Below, in pieces: positions 1 through 8,768 of a stretch of 64,000 nucleotides of DNA. The notes beneath the pieces are model-generated. The model searched no databases. It was given only the letters and a program-made list of their open reading frames with translations, and had not been told where the DNA came from. A program made the translations under genes and the position numbers. The number at the start of each line of letters is the position of its first letter. Within the stretch, counting starts at the first letter, position 1. Source of the DNA: Nitriliruptoraceae bacterium (GTDB taxonomy: Bacteria > Actinomycetota > Nitriliruptoria > Nitriliruptorales > Nitriliruptoraceae); the NCBI GenBank assembly GCA_040904765.1, contig JBBDST010000008.1, positions 4,219-68,218 of the forward strand, written 5' to 3'.

Positions 1-397
1 ACGTTCCCGGGTTGCTTTGGCAATCGAAGTTGCGCTTGCTGACATTGATGACGCCGACGTTTTGGTGTTTGACGAAGTAGATGCGGGCATCGGAGGGCAA
101 ACCGCGTTGGCTGTGGGCGAGAAGTTGGCACGATTGGCTGCGCCAACGTCAGGACGTCCAAGGCAAGTGATGTGTGTGACTCATCTTGCTCAATTGGCGG
201 TATTCGCCGATCTGCATCATGTGGTGGAGAAACAGGTGCACGATGGGCGTACTCGAACCACTGTCCGTCAGGTTGCCGACGCTGACCGTGAAGCGGAACT
301 GTCGCGCCTTCTGGGAGGGGTAATTGCCGCCGAAGGCGTTGAACATGCTCGAGTGCTTATCGAAACTGCTCGAGCACGACTTGCTGGTCGAAACTGA
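1..397 (+). CDS. recN: DNA repair protein RecN, C-terminal fragment (gene starts upstream of the window)
   Basis: The frame is open to the 5' edge. It carries SMC-type ATPase C-terminal motifs VLVFDEVDAGIGG and CVTHLAQLA. It lies directly upstream of pyrG, as in mycobacterial synteny. Confidence 0.8.
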   Translation, partial: RSRVALAIEVALADIDDADVLVFDEVDAGIGGQTALAVGEKLARLAAPTSGRPRQVMCVTHLAQLAVFADLHHVVEKQVHDGRTRTTVRQVADADREAELSRLLGGVIAAEGVEHARVLIETARARLAGRN

Positions 398-499
398 CGG
401 CGGTCTTTGTGTCGGCCGACGTCGGGCGCTACTGTCTTAAAGACCGTTACGGCACGGTCGAACCCAAGTAAGGATTTGACAGTGGCAGACGGTTCTCAG

Positions 500-2203
500 G
501 TGAAGCATATTTTTGTCACAGGCGGTGTTTCGTCCGCACTTGGCAAAGGGATCACTGCCTCATCGCTAGGTGCCCTATTGAAAGCCCGCGGTTTTCGAGT
601 GACCCTACAAAAACTCGATCCGTACCTGAATGTTGACCCAGGCACGATGAACCCGTTTGAACATGGAGAAGTGTTCGTCACCGATGATGGTGGCGAGACA
701 GACCTTGATCTTGGGCATTACGAACGGTTTGTGGACGAAAACCTGCACCGCGGTTCAAGTGTCTCTTCGGGACAGATCTGGCTTTCGGTTATCAACAAGG
801 AACGGCGCGGCGATTATCTCGGCAAGACCGTGCAGGTCATCCCTCACATCACCGATGAAATTCGCGAACGGGTTCATGCGGTCGCCATTGATGTTGATGT
901 GGTGATCACCGAAGTGGGTGGCACTGTCGGCGACATTGAAGGACTGCCGTTCTTGGAGGCAATCCGCCAGTTCCGTTACGACGTTGGCCGTGAAAATATT
1001 CTGTATCTGCACTGTGCACTGGTGCCCTACATCGCCGTATCGGGCGAATTAAAAACCAAACCGGCACAGCATTCGGTACGGGAATTGCGTTCAATCGGTA
1101 TTCAGCCAGACGTACTTGTGTTACGTGCTGACCGGCCACTTGACGCCGATCTGCGTCGCAAAGTCGCCCTGCAGTGTGACGTCGATTTGGATGCAGTCAT
1201 CGCCGCAGTTGATGCCCCGTCGCTGTATCAAGTCCCTCTAGCATTGCATGACGAGGGACTTGATGACGTTGTGGTGCGACTCTTGAATCTGCCACAGACT
1301 CCCGTCCAGCTAGACAGTTGGCGCACACTGGTTGATCAGGTAATGGGCGCCCGTGAACAAGTTGTGGTCGGCATCGTCGGCAAATATGTGAATCTGGCTG
1401 ACGCTTACCTTTCGGTCGTTGAGTCGCTCCGTCACGGCGGGGTCGCTTGGGGCGCCAACGTCGAACTGCGTTGGATCGATTCTGACCAACTGGTTGCAAC
1501 TGAAGAAGAAACAGAAGCGCAACACACCACCCGACTCACCCACCTGTTTGCCGGCATCAACGGCATTGTTGTGCCTGGTGGTTTTGGGTTACGAGGGGTT
1601 GAAGGAAAAATTGCGGCCATCAATTGGGCCCGCACCCGGCAACTACCATTTCTTGGGTTGTGTCTGGGAATGCAATGTGCGGTGATTGAATTTGCCCGTA
1701 ATGTGGCTGGGCTCACCGGCGCTGCTTCAACCGAATTTGATGATGAAACTCCGTACCCGGTGATCGCGTTGATGGCAGATCAAGCAGAAGTCACCGACAA
1801 GGGCGGCACTATGCGGCTGGGTGCCTACCCTGCTCATTTGGTGCCCGGCTCACGGGTGCAGGCGTTATACGGCGCAAACGAAATTTCGGAACGTCACCGT
1901 CACCGATACGAGGTGAACAACGCCTACCGGCCGCTGTTAGAACAACACGGTCTGACATTTAGCGGCTTGTCGCCCGACGGTTTACTGGTCGAATTTTTAG
2001 AGCTTTCTGAGCATCCGTTTTTTGTTGCCACCCAGGCACATCCGGAATTGAAGTCACGACCCCATCGGCCACATCCGCTGTTTAGTGGCCTGATCGAGGC
2101 CGCGTTGCAACACCGTCGCGCGGTAGCGGGACGGTTCCCGGCAGTGTTTGATGAACCAACTCTTGCAAAAGGAGCGTCTGCGCCAAAGCATGATGCGATA
2201 TGA
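500..2203 (+). CDS. pyrG: CTP synthase
   Basis: N-terminus [17 protein letters not shown], amidotransferase Cys in GLCLGMQ, and [11 protein letters not shown] 500 (or GTG 482) fits the conserved N-terminus better than the TTG at 407. Confidence 0.95.
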   Translation: MKHIFVTGGVSSALGKGITASSLGALLKARGFRVTLQKLDPYLNVDPGTMNPFEHGEVFVTDDGGETDLDLGHYERFVDENLHRGSSVSSGQIWLSVINKERRGDYLGKTVQVIPHITDEIRERVHAVAIDVDVVITEVGGTVGDIEGLPFLEAIRQFRYDVGRENILYLHCALVPYIAVSGELKTKPAQHSVRELRSIGIQPDVLVLRADRPLDADLRRKVALQCDVDLDAVIAAVDAPSLYQVPLALHDEGLDDVVVRLLNLPQTPVQLDSWRTLVDQVMGAREQVVVGIVGKYVNLADAYLSVVESLRHGGVAWGANVELRWIDSDQLVATEEETEAQHTTRLTHLFAGINGIVVPGGFGLRGVEGKIAAINWARTRQLPFLGLCLGMQCAVIEFARNVAGLTGAASTEFDDETPYPVIALMADQAEVTDKGGTMRLGAYPAHLVPGSRVQALYGANEISERHRHRYEVNNAYRPLLEQHGLTFSGLSPDGLLVEFLELSEHPFFVATQAHPELKSRPHRPHPLFSGLIEAALQHRRAVAGRFPAVFDEPTLAKGASAPKHDAI

Positions 2204-2784
2204 ACAGTGAAGCTGCCTGGTTTGAGACCCTAAAACAGAATGTCGTATACGAGGGCTATTCGACCGTACGTGTTGATGAAGTGCTCACACCCGATGGTGT
2301 GATTGTGGAACGCGAAATTGTCGTCCGGCAAGACGCAGCCGCAGTGGTGGCAGTCACCCCTGACGATCAGATCATCCTGGTGCGTCAGTACCGTCATGCG
2401 GTCGAGTCCTACATGCTCGAAATTCCGGCAGGCAAAGTCGACGTAGAGGGCGAAACGGTTCGTGAAGCCGTCGTGCGTGAGCTACAAGAAGAAGCGCTTT
2501 ACACCGTGGATGAGCTGCATCATTTGACGACGTTCCAAAACTCGATCGGGTGGACTAACGAACGCACTTATCTTTTTTACGCGCCGCAAGCCAAGCCCAC
2601 ACCGCCACCACTGTATTTTCGTGCTGAAGCCGAAGAGGCTCACATGGAGATTGTGTTGCTTGACTTTGATGAGGCGGTCGCTGCAGTTGAGATGCAGGTG
2701 ATTCGGGACGCAAAAACAGCCCTTGGCATCCTGCTTGCACAAAAGTTTCGGAACCGGACAGTGACGTCTGCGGTCACGACATAA
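2200..2784 (+). CDS. NUDIX hydrolase (ADP-ribose pyrophosphatase-like)
   Basis: Nudix box [22 protein letters not shown]. The ATG overlaps the pyrG stop (ATGA). Confidence 0.85.
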   Translation: MNSEAAWFETLKQNVVYEGYSTVRVDEVLTPDGVIVEREIVVRQDAAAVVAVTPDDQIILVRQYRHAVESYMLEIPAGKVDVEGETVREAVVRELQEEALYTVDELHHLTTFQNSIGWTNERTYLFYAPQAKPTPPPLYFRAEAEEAHMEIVLLDFDEAVAAVEMQVIRDAKTALGILLAQKFRNRTVTSAVTT

Positions 2785-2789
2785 CTGCT

Positions 2790-3716
2790 ATGACCGCGCC
2801 GTCGAAACTCGCTGAGGTGCTCCGTCACGTTGACGAGTATCTCAACCATCTTGCTGTTGAACGTGGTGTATCGGTACACACGCTGCGCGCCTATGAACGC
2901 GACTTGCGGCTGTATGCCACGTTTCGTAGCGAACATGCGTTGGGTGATATTGCTGACGCCTCTACAACTGAACTAGCCCAGTTTGTGGCGTGGATGAAAA
3001 CGCGCACCCTGCCAAATGGCCGCACGTACGCCCAGTCGTCGATCGCGCGGGGAGTGGTTGCAGTGCGCGGCTACCACCGGTTCTTATTCGTGGAAGAATT
3101 CGTCTCAACAGACATAACTAGCAATGTTGATACGCCGCGAGCCCCCAGATCTTTACCTAAAGCGCTTACGGTGGATCAGGTCAGTCAAATACTTGATCTG
3201 CCCAGTAACCATACGCCTTTAGGCTGGCGCGATAGCGCGATGCTTGAACTGCTGTATGGCGCAGGGTTGCGTATTAGTGAACTGGTGCAACTTGATCTTG
3301 ATGACATCGACCCAGTTGACCGTCTCGTGCGCGTGTTAGGTAAAGGCGACAAACAGCGGATCGTTCCTTACGGCGAACCTGCAGCCGACGCTCTTGACCG
3401 GTGGTTTGTGCGTGGACGCCACCAGATGACACCCGCGAACAGTGCCGTGTTTGTGAACACGCGTGGCGGTCGTCTGACCCGACAAGGCGTGTGGAAAGTA
3501 GTGCACCGCTACGCCGACAAGGCAGGGATCGCGCAGAGCGTGTCGCCCCACACCTTGCGTCATTCGTTCGCTACCCATCTACTTGATGGCGGCGCTGATG
3601 TCCGAATCGTGCAAGAACTGCTCGGGCATGCCAGTATCGCAACAACTCAGATTTATACGCAAGTGTCCCGTGGGATGCTGAAATCAGTGTATGAGCGCAG
3701 CCACCCGCGCGCCTAG
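2790..3716 (+). CDS. xerD: site-specific tyrosine recombinase XerD
   Basis: C-terminal catalytic motifs LRHSFATHLL and LGHASIATTQIYTQV, with ARG in GLRISEL. 308 aa, in a core segregation-gene neighbourhood. Confidence 0.85.
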   Translation: MTAPSKLAEVLRHVDEYLNHLAVERGVSVHTLRAYERDLRLYATFRSEHALGDIADASTTELAQFVAWMKTRTLPNGRTYAQSSIARGVVAVRGYHRFLFVEEFVSTDITSNVDTPRAPRSLPKALTVDQVSQILDLPSNHTPLGWRDSAMLELLYGAGLRISELVQLDLDDIDPVDRLVRVLGKGDKQRIVPYGEPAADALDRWFVRGRHQMTPANSAVFVNTRGGRLTRQGVWKVVHRYADKAGIAQSVSPHTLRHSFATHLLDGGADVRIVQELLGHASIATTQIYTQVSRGMLKSVYERSHPRA

Positions 3717-3808
3717 CAGATAGTTCCGTTCGCTGAAATGCCAAGACACGAGTAGTTTTCATGCGAGTACCGTGTTTCGGGCGTGTCGGTTAAGCCAAGC
3801 AAGGAGAT

Positions 3809-4678
3809 GTGGTGGCTGAGAGCCAAGATGATGTGCGTGCGTGGGGCGCAGACCAAGCAGCAGCATTGCGTGATGCGCAAACCCGCGACGGCAAATCTAA
3901 AACGCACGCCAAAATCATCGCGCTAGCAAACCAAAAAGGTGGCGTAGGGAAAACTACGACCACCATCAACCTAGGTGCAGCCCTCGTTGAGTTGGGAGCG
4001 TCTGTCCTGCTTGTCGACATGGACCCGCAAGGATCTCTTGGGGTCGGACTTGGCGTTGAAGCCAACGCCCTCGACACGACGATCTACAACCTGCTGCTCC
4101 AAGACGGCGCAAGCGTCGACGAAGCGATCGTTTCGACCGCGACACCAGGCCTAGATTTGTTGCCCGCAAACATCGATCTTGCGGCCGCCGAAATTTTGTT
4201 GGTTCAAGAAGTCGCACGTGAACATGCTCTGCAACGGGTCCTTGAACGGGTACGTGACCGCTACGACTTCATTCTGATCGACTGCCCGCCAAGCCTTGGG
4301 CTACTCACCATCAACGGACTATCCGCCTCAGATGGGGTGATCGTTCCGCTCGAATGTGAATATTTCGCACTTCGCGGTATGTCCTTGTTGATGCAAACTT
4401 TGGAACGCGTCCGGGAACGTCTCAACCCGGGCTTAAGACTTGAAGGGGTGATTGCCACCATGTATGACGGTCGCACCATTCACGGACGCGACGTGTTTGA
4501 CCGAGTGAAAGAAGCGTTTGGCGACGTCGTGTTCGAAACTACTATCGGTAAAACCATTCGGTTTGCTGAAGCCCCCGTCGCAGGCGAATCCATCCTCACC
4601 TACGCGTCAAGTTCTGCCGGCGCAAAGGCCTACCGCGCGCTTGGTCGTGAGGTGCTGGAACGCAGCCGTCAGGCCTAA
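3809..4678 (+). CDS. ParA/Soj-family partition ATPase
   Basis: Deviant Walker A KGGVGKTTTTINLG, plus MDPQG and ILIDCPPSL. AAGGAG lies just upstream of GTG 3809. Confidence 0.85.
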   Translation: MVAESQDDVRAWGADQAAALRDAQTRDGKSKTHAKIIALANQKGGVGKTTTTINLGAALVELGASVLLVDMDPQGSLGVGLGVEANALDTTIYNLLLQDGASVDEAIVSTATPGLDLLPANIDLAAAEILLVQEVAREHALQRVLERVRDRYDFILIDCPPSLGLLTINGLSASDGVIVPLECEYFALRGMSLLMQTLERVRERLNPGLRLEGVIATMYDGRTIHGRDVFDRVKEAFGDVVFETTIGKTIRFAEAPVAGESILTYASSSAGAKAYRALGREVLERSRQA

Positions 4679-4681
4679 CTC

Positions 4682-5974
4682 ATGTCAGACTTGTTCGTTC
4701 CGCGGGCAGTGTTACAACGGGCACGGCGGCATACTGAGCCTCTAAGCGGAGACGAATGGCGTAATGTCGTTAGTGCATTCACCAATAACATGTTTACCGA
4801 CGTGCAGATGGCCGCATGGCTGATGGCAAGGGTGATGCACGGCATCAGCCTTGATGAGTCCGTGGCGTTGACTGAGGCAATGGTCGCCTCGGGCAAGGTG
4901 CTTAAACATCCGGCTGTCAACGGGCCGGTAGTCGACAAGCACTCAACCGGTGGGGTAGCCGACTCGACAACCCTGATCGTTGCACCGCTTGTTGCCAGTG
5001 TCGGTTTCGTTGTTGCCAAACTTTCCGGCGGCAGTCTTGGCCACACCGGCGGAACACTGGACAAACTTGCCTCAATTCCTGGGATGCGCACCGATCTGGA
5101 TGCCACAGCCTTTATGTCGCAACTTGCCACAGTTGGCGTTGCAATTGCAGCGGCAACTCAGGAACTGGCACCAGCAGACCGACGACTTTATGCACTGCGC
5201 GATCACATCGAATTGGTTGATGACACGGCACTGATCGCGGCGAGCATCATGAGCAAAAAGCTTGCGACCGGCGCTAAACATCTCGTCCTTGACGTCAAAC
5301 TCGGGCAAGCATCCATTCTTGGCAACGACGATCTGAACCGCAAGCTTGCGACTCAATGCATCGCCATAGGAGCCGCACATGGCCTGCAAGTGACAGCCGT
5401 GTTGAGCGACATGAACCAGCCGCTTGGTCCAGCCATTGGGAACGCCCTTGAAGTGCGGGCAGCTATCGATGTCTTGTCACAACGCACTTTTGGTCGGCTT
5501 GGTGAACTCAGCGTGCTACTGGCAAGCGAACTTCTCTCTTTAACCGGTGTCGAGTCGTCGCAAGCACGGGAGACAGTGATGCAAGCGTTGACGTCAGGTG
5601 ACGCCCTTAAACAGTTCCGCCAGTTCGTCGCTGCTCAAGGCGGAGACCCAAACGTCAGCGATGACCCTATACGCGTGCTTGGTCTTAACGAAGCTGCAGC
5701 CCTATGGGCTCCTGCAACTTCTGGACGGGTCGTTGCTATCGATACGAAACGGCTCGGCGTGCTGGCACGTGACTTAGCCGGTCCAACGGGAGACTTAACT
5801 TCCGGACTTGAACTGACGCTAGCGCTTGGCATGCCGGCTAAAGAGGTTGCAATCGCGATCCATACGTCAGATCCTAAGTTTGTCGAGCCCGCCAAACAGG
5901 TCCTTAACGATGCGATCGTGATTGGCGACCCCACGGTTACGCCAAATCCGTTAGTGCAGGAGATCATCCGCTAA
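4682..5974 (+). CDS. deoA: thymidine / pyrimidine-nucleoside phosphorylase
   Basis: Family motifs VDKHSTGGVAD and SGGSLGHTGGTLDKL. 430 aa. Confidence 0.85.
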   Translation: MSDLFVPRAVLQRARRHTEPLSGDEWRNVVSAFTNNMFTDVQMAAWLMARVMHGISLDESVALTEAMVASGKVLKHPAVNGPVVDKHSTGGVADSTTLIVAPLVASVGFVVAKLSGGSLGHTGGTLDKLASIPGMRTDLDATAFMSQLATVGVAIAAATQELAPADRRLYALRDHIELVDDTALIAASIMSKKLATGAKHLVLDVKLGQASILGNDDLNRKLATQCIAIGAAHGLQVTAVLSDMNQPLGPAIGNALEVRAAIDVLSQRTFGRLGELSVLLASELLSLTGVESSQARETVMQALTSGDALKQFRQFVAAQGGDPNVSDDPIRVLGLNEAAALWAPATSGRVVAIDTKRLGVLARDLAGPTGDLTSGLELTLALGMPAKEVAIAIHTSDPKFVEPAKQVLNDAIVIGDPTVTPNPLVQEIIR

Positions 5975-6040
5975 GTCGTTGTCTGTGACGGCTAGTCTTT
6001 ACGCTGGTTGCTGTTTCATCAACGAAAGTCCTGTGGCCCT

Positions 6041-6850
6041 ATGACCTACGAGGTCTCTCTCGATATCTATCAGGGTCCCTTCGACCTGCTATTGCAGCTG
6101 ATTGCGCGCCGCAGTGTCGACATTATGGATGTCGATTTGGCTGATATCACCAATGACTTTGTCGCGTTTTTGGATGCCGAAATTGACCGGCTTGACCTCG
6201 AAACAGCAACCCGATTTCTGCTGGTTGCAGCAACCCTGATCGAAATCAAGGCAGTACGTTTACTGCCCAAAGAACTACGAGATGACGCCGGTGATGTGCT
6301 CGTAGAAGCGCGTGACGTGCTGTACGCACGCCTGCTTGAGTATCGCGCGTACCGTGATGCTTCTCACGTGCTTGACCGGCGATTAAGTAAGTTCGCATTC
6401 AGACAGACACGTGAAGCAACACTTGAGCCGTGGATGTTGCGTCTGGTGCCAGACGTCACGCTACCTATCGACGTTCGTGGTCTTGGTGCGCTCGCTGCGG
6501 CCGTGCTTGCCCCAAAAACACAAGACTCGGTGACGTTGACTCACATTCGTCACTCGACGTTGTCGCTGCGAGACGCGGCCCGACAACTGCTTGATGCGAT
6601 TATCGCCAGCGACGAGGCAAGTTTCTCTTCCATCGCCGGAGTTCGTGACCGCAGTGAACGAGTTGCACTTTTTCTGGCATGCTTAGAGTTGTACAAACTT
6701 GGTGCCGTCGATCTTGAACAGCCCGACCGTCACGTGTCGTTCACGCTGCGGCGACGTTTCGATGAGATCGCAACCGCAACATTCTTGCTCGAGATCGGTG
6801 ATGACATCGACGACGACCGTATGACGATAGGACAGGAGGCGTCGTCGTGA
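6041..6850 (+). CDS. scpA: segregation and condensation protein A
   Basis: N-terminal YQGPFDLLLQLI kleisin motif. 4-nt overlap with the following scpB. ATG 6041 is preferred over TTG 6008. Confidence 0.8.
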   Translation: MTYEVSLDIYQGPFDLLLQLIARRSVDIMDVDLADITNDFVAFLDAEIDRLDLETATRFLLVAATLIEIKAVRLLPKELRDDAGDVLVEARDVLYARLLEYRAYRDASHVLDRRLSKFAFRQTREATLEPWMLRLVPDVTLPIDVRGLGALAAAVLAPKTQDSVTLTHIRHSTLSLRDAARQLLDAIIASDEASFSSIAGVRDRSERVALFLACLELYKLGAVDLEQPDRHVSFTLRRRFDEIATATFLLEIGDDIDDDRMTIGQEASS

Positions 6851-7650
6851 CCCCCGAAAAACAAGCTGAACTTGAAGCGGTGTTGTTCTTGGCGGACGAA
6901 CCGGTAAGTGTGGATGATCTAGCGCTTGCACTCGACTTGAGCCCTGAAGATACGCATGCCACTGTGAAATCACTCACTGTTGCCTACAAAGCCGACAAAC
7001 GTGGCATCGAAATCCGACAGGTTGGAAACGGCTGGCGCATGTTCACGGCCGAACTTGCACGTCCAGCGATTGAACGTTTTGTTACGGCAGGCCGAGCGGG
7101 AAGGCTGACCCAAGCGGCGCTTGAAACACTCGCTGTGATCGCTTACAAGCAGCCGATTACGCGCACCCAGATCGGTGAGATTCGGGGCGTCAACGTCGAT
7201 GCGGCGGTACGTAATCTGGTGACACGAGGGCTGGTAGCCGAAGCGGGACGTGATGCGTCAGGCGGCCAAGGAATCTTGTACGTCACTACCACTGTGTTTC
7301 TTGAACGGTTGGGAATCGCAAGCCTTGACGACCTGGTTCCCCTCACCGAATTTTTGTATGCCGAAAATGCCCCTGATGAGCCCGAGCCAGACGCGATTCA
7401 GGATGCACGCAGACGGATCGCCCAACAGTCACTACAGAGGCGTTTCGATGAGCCGATGGCTGCGCCACGTAACGCGCCGCGACAGGCCGATATGGTGACA
7501 GATGCGTTGACCGATGATCTTGACACGGCAGCGCAAAATGCGATCAGCCGGTTGCGTCACGCTCTTGCGGCGATGGATGCACTTGACGCGGACGACAACC
7601 ACAACGATGCGGCTACTGCTGCGACAGATCTTGAGGCAAACGGTGAGTGA
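6847..7650 (+). CDS. scpB: segregation and condensation protein B
   Basis: LEAVLFLADEPVS and LETLAVIAYKQPITRTQIGEIRGV winged-helix motifs, followed by an acidic C-terminal tail. Confidence 0.8.
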   Translation: MTPEKQAELEAVLFLADEPVSVDDLALALDLSPEDTHATVKSLTVAYKADKRGIEIRQVGNGWRMFTAELARPAIERFVTAGRAGRLTQAALETLAVIAYKQPITRTQIGEIRGVNVDAAVRNLVTRGLVAEAGRDASGGQGILYVTTTVFLERLGIASLDDLVPLTEFLYAENAPDEPEPDAIQDARRRIAQQSLQRRFDEPMAAPRNAPRQADMVTDALTDDLDTAAQNAISRLRHALAAMDALDADDNHNDAATAATDLEANGE

Positions 7651-8401
7651 AGAACGAGTTCAAAAAGTACTTGCCAACGCAGGTGTGGCATCACGGCGCG
7701 CATGTGAACAGTTAATTATTGCCGGCCGAGTGCAAGTAAACGGCCGGGTGGCGTCACTGGGGGACAAATGCCACCCAGAAAATGATGCCCTCACCGTTGA
7801 TGGGGAACGGGTCCACACTGATCCCAACAAGCTGTATGTGATGTTGAACAAGCCGCGTGGCTTTGTTACCACCTATGACGATCCGCAAGGACGGCCAACC
7901 GTCATGGAACTGATCAATGTGACGCAGCGTCTCTATCCTGTTGGTCGGCTCGACCAAGACACCGAAGGACTTCTGTTACTCACCAACGATGGTGCGTTGA
8001 CCCATGCGCTCACTCACCCCTCGTTTCAGGTCGAGCGAATCTATGTCGCGCTGGTGCTAGGACCTGTACGCAAACAGGTGTTAAGTGAGCTACGTAAAGG
8101 CGTGGAGTTAGATGACGGTGTGGCGCGACCTAAAAGGGCGGAAGTACGGGGCGAAGAAAAAGGCAAAGCGCTGCTCGAAATTGTCATGACCGAAGGTCGC
8201 AAACGTGAAGTACGCCGCATGCTTGGAGCCGTCGGCTTGACCGTCGAACGGCTTGCCCGGGTCGCCTATGGTGGCGTGGAACTTGGCGATTTGCGTCAAG
8301 GAAAATGGCGGTTTCTCACCGGCAAAGAAATCGCTGCACTGTTCGCCGCAACCAACATGACACAGACGCCAAGTAAGGCGCAGGGGGACACCGATGGCTG
8401 A
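7643..8401 (+). CDS. rluB: 23S rRNA pseudouridine synthase (RluB/RsuA family)
   Basis: S4 domain (VQKVLANAGVASRRACEQLI) plus catalytic GRLDQDTEGLLLLTNDG. GTG 7643 overlaps the scpB stop. The longer 7514 ORF start lies inside scpB. Confidence 0.8.
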   Translation: MSEERVQKVLANAGVASRRACEQLIIAGRVQVNGRVASLGDKCHPENDALTVDGERVHTDPNKLYVMLNKPRGFVTTYDDPQGRPTVMELINVTQRLYPVGRLDQDTEGLLLLTNDGALTHALTHPSFQVERIYVALVLGPVRKQVLSELRKGVELDDGVARPKRAEVRGEEKGKALLEIVMTEGRKREVRRMLGAVGLTVERLARVAYGGVELGDLRQGKWRFLTGKEIAALFAATNMTQTPSKAQGDTDG

Positions 8402-8768
8402 CACGTTTCGGGTTCGTGCTGTGCGTGGTGCAACCACCATCGAAGTGGACGAGCGCGATCACCTGTTGGACCGCACCCGTGAATTGATTGATGCTGTGCT
8501 GGATCGCAACGCACTCACCACCGACGAGCTGATCTCGATCTGGTTTACGATGACGCCTGACCTCCATGCGGCGTTTCCCGCTGAGGCAGCGCGGCTGGGT
8601 GGCATCACCGACGTACCGTTGATGTGCGCCCAAGAACTTGCCATCGACACCGGAATTCCGCGCTGCATTCGTCTGCTGGCACACGTACATACCAACAAGT
8701 CGGCGCAAGAATTACGGCACGTCTATCTCCATGGGGCACGGCAGTTGCGTACGGATCTGCCCGAATGA
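8394..8768 (+). CDS. aroH: chorismate mutase, AroH class
   Basis: 124 aa. The VRAVRGATTIEVD N-terminus and IPRCIRLLAHV are typical of monofunctional AroH-type chorismate mutase. Confidence 0.75.
   Translation: MADTFRVRAVRGATTIEVDERDHLLDRTRELIDAVLDRNALTTDELISIWFTMTPDLHAAFPAEAARLGGITDVPLMCAQELAIDTGIPRCIRLLAHVHTNKSAQELRHVYLHGARQLRTDLPE

Noticed and set aside
398-499. Nested hairpin (CGGTCTTT...AAAGACCG enclosing palindrome TCGGCCGA) between recN and pyrG as a pyrG attenuator
   Set aside because: It is most simply the recN terminator. No U tract or alternative pairing supporting attenuation is visible.
2790-4678. xerD plus parA as a sign of an integrated plasmid or mobile element
   Set aside because: Both sit in the conserved chromosomal block recN-pyrG-nudix-xerD-parA-scpAB. 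I saw no repeats, transposase, replication or conjugation genes.
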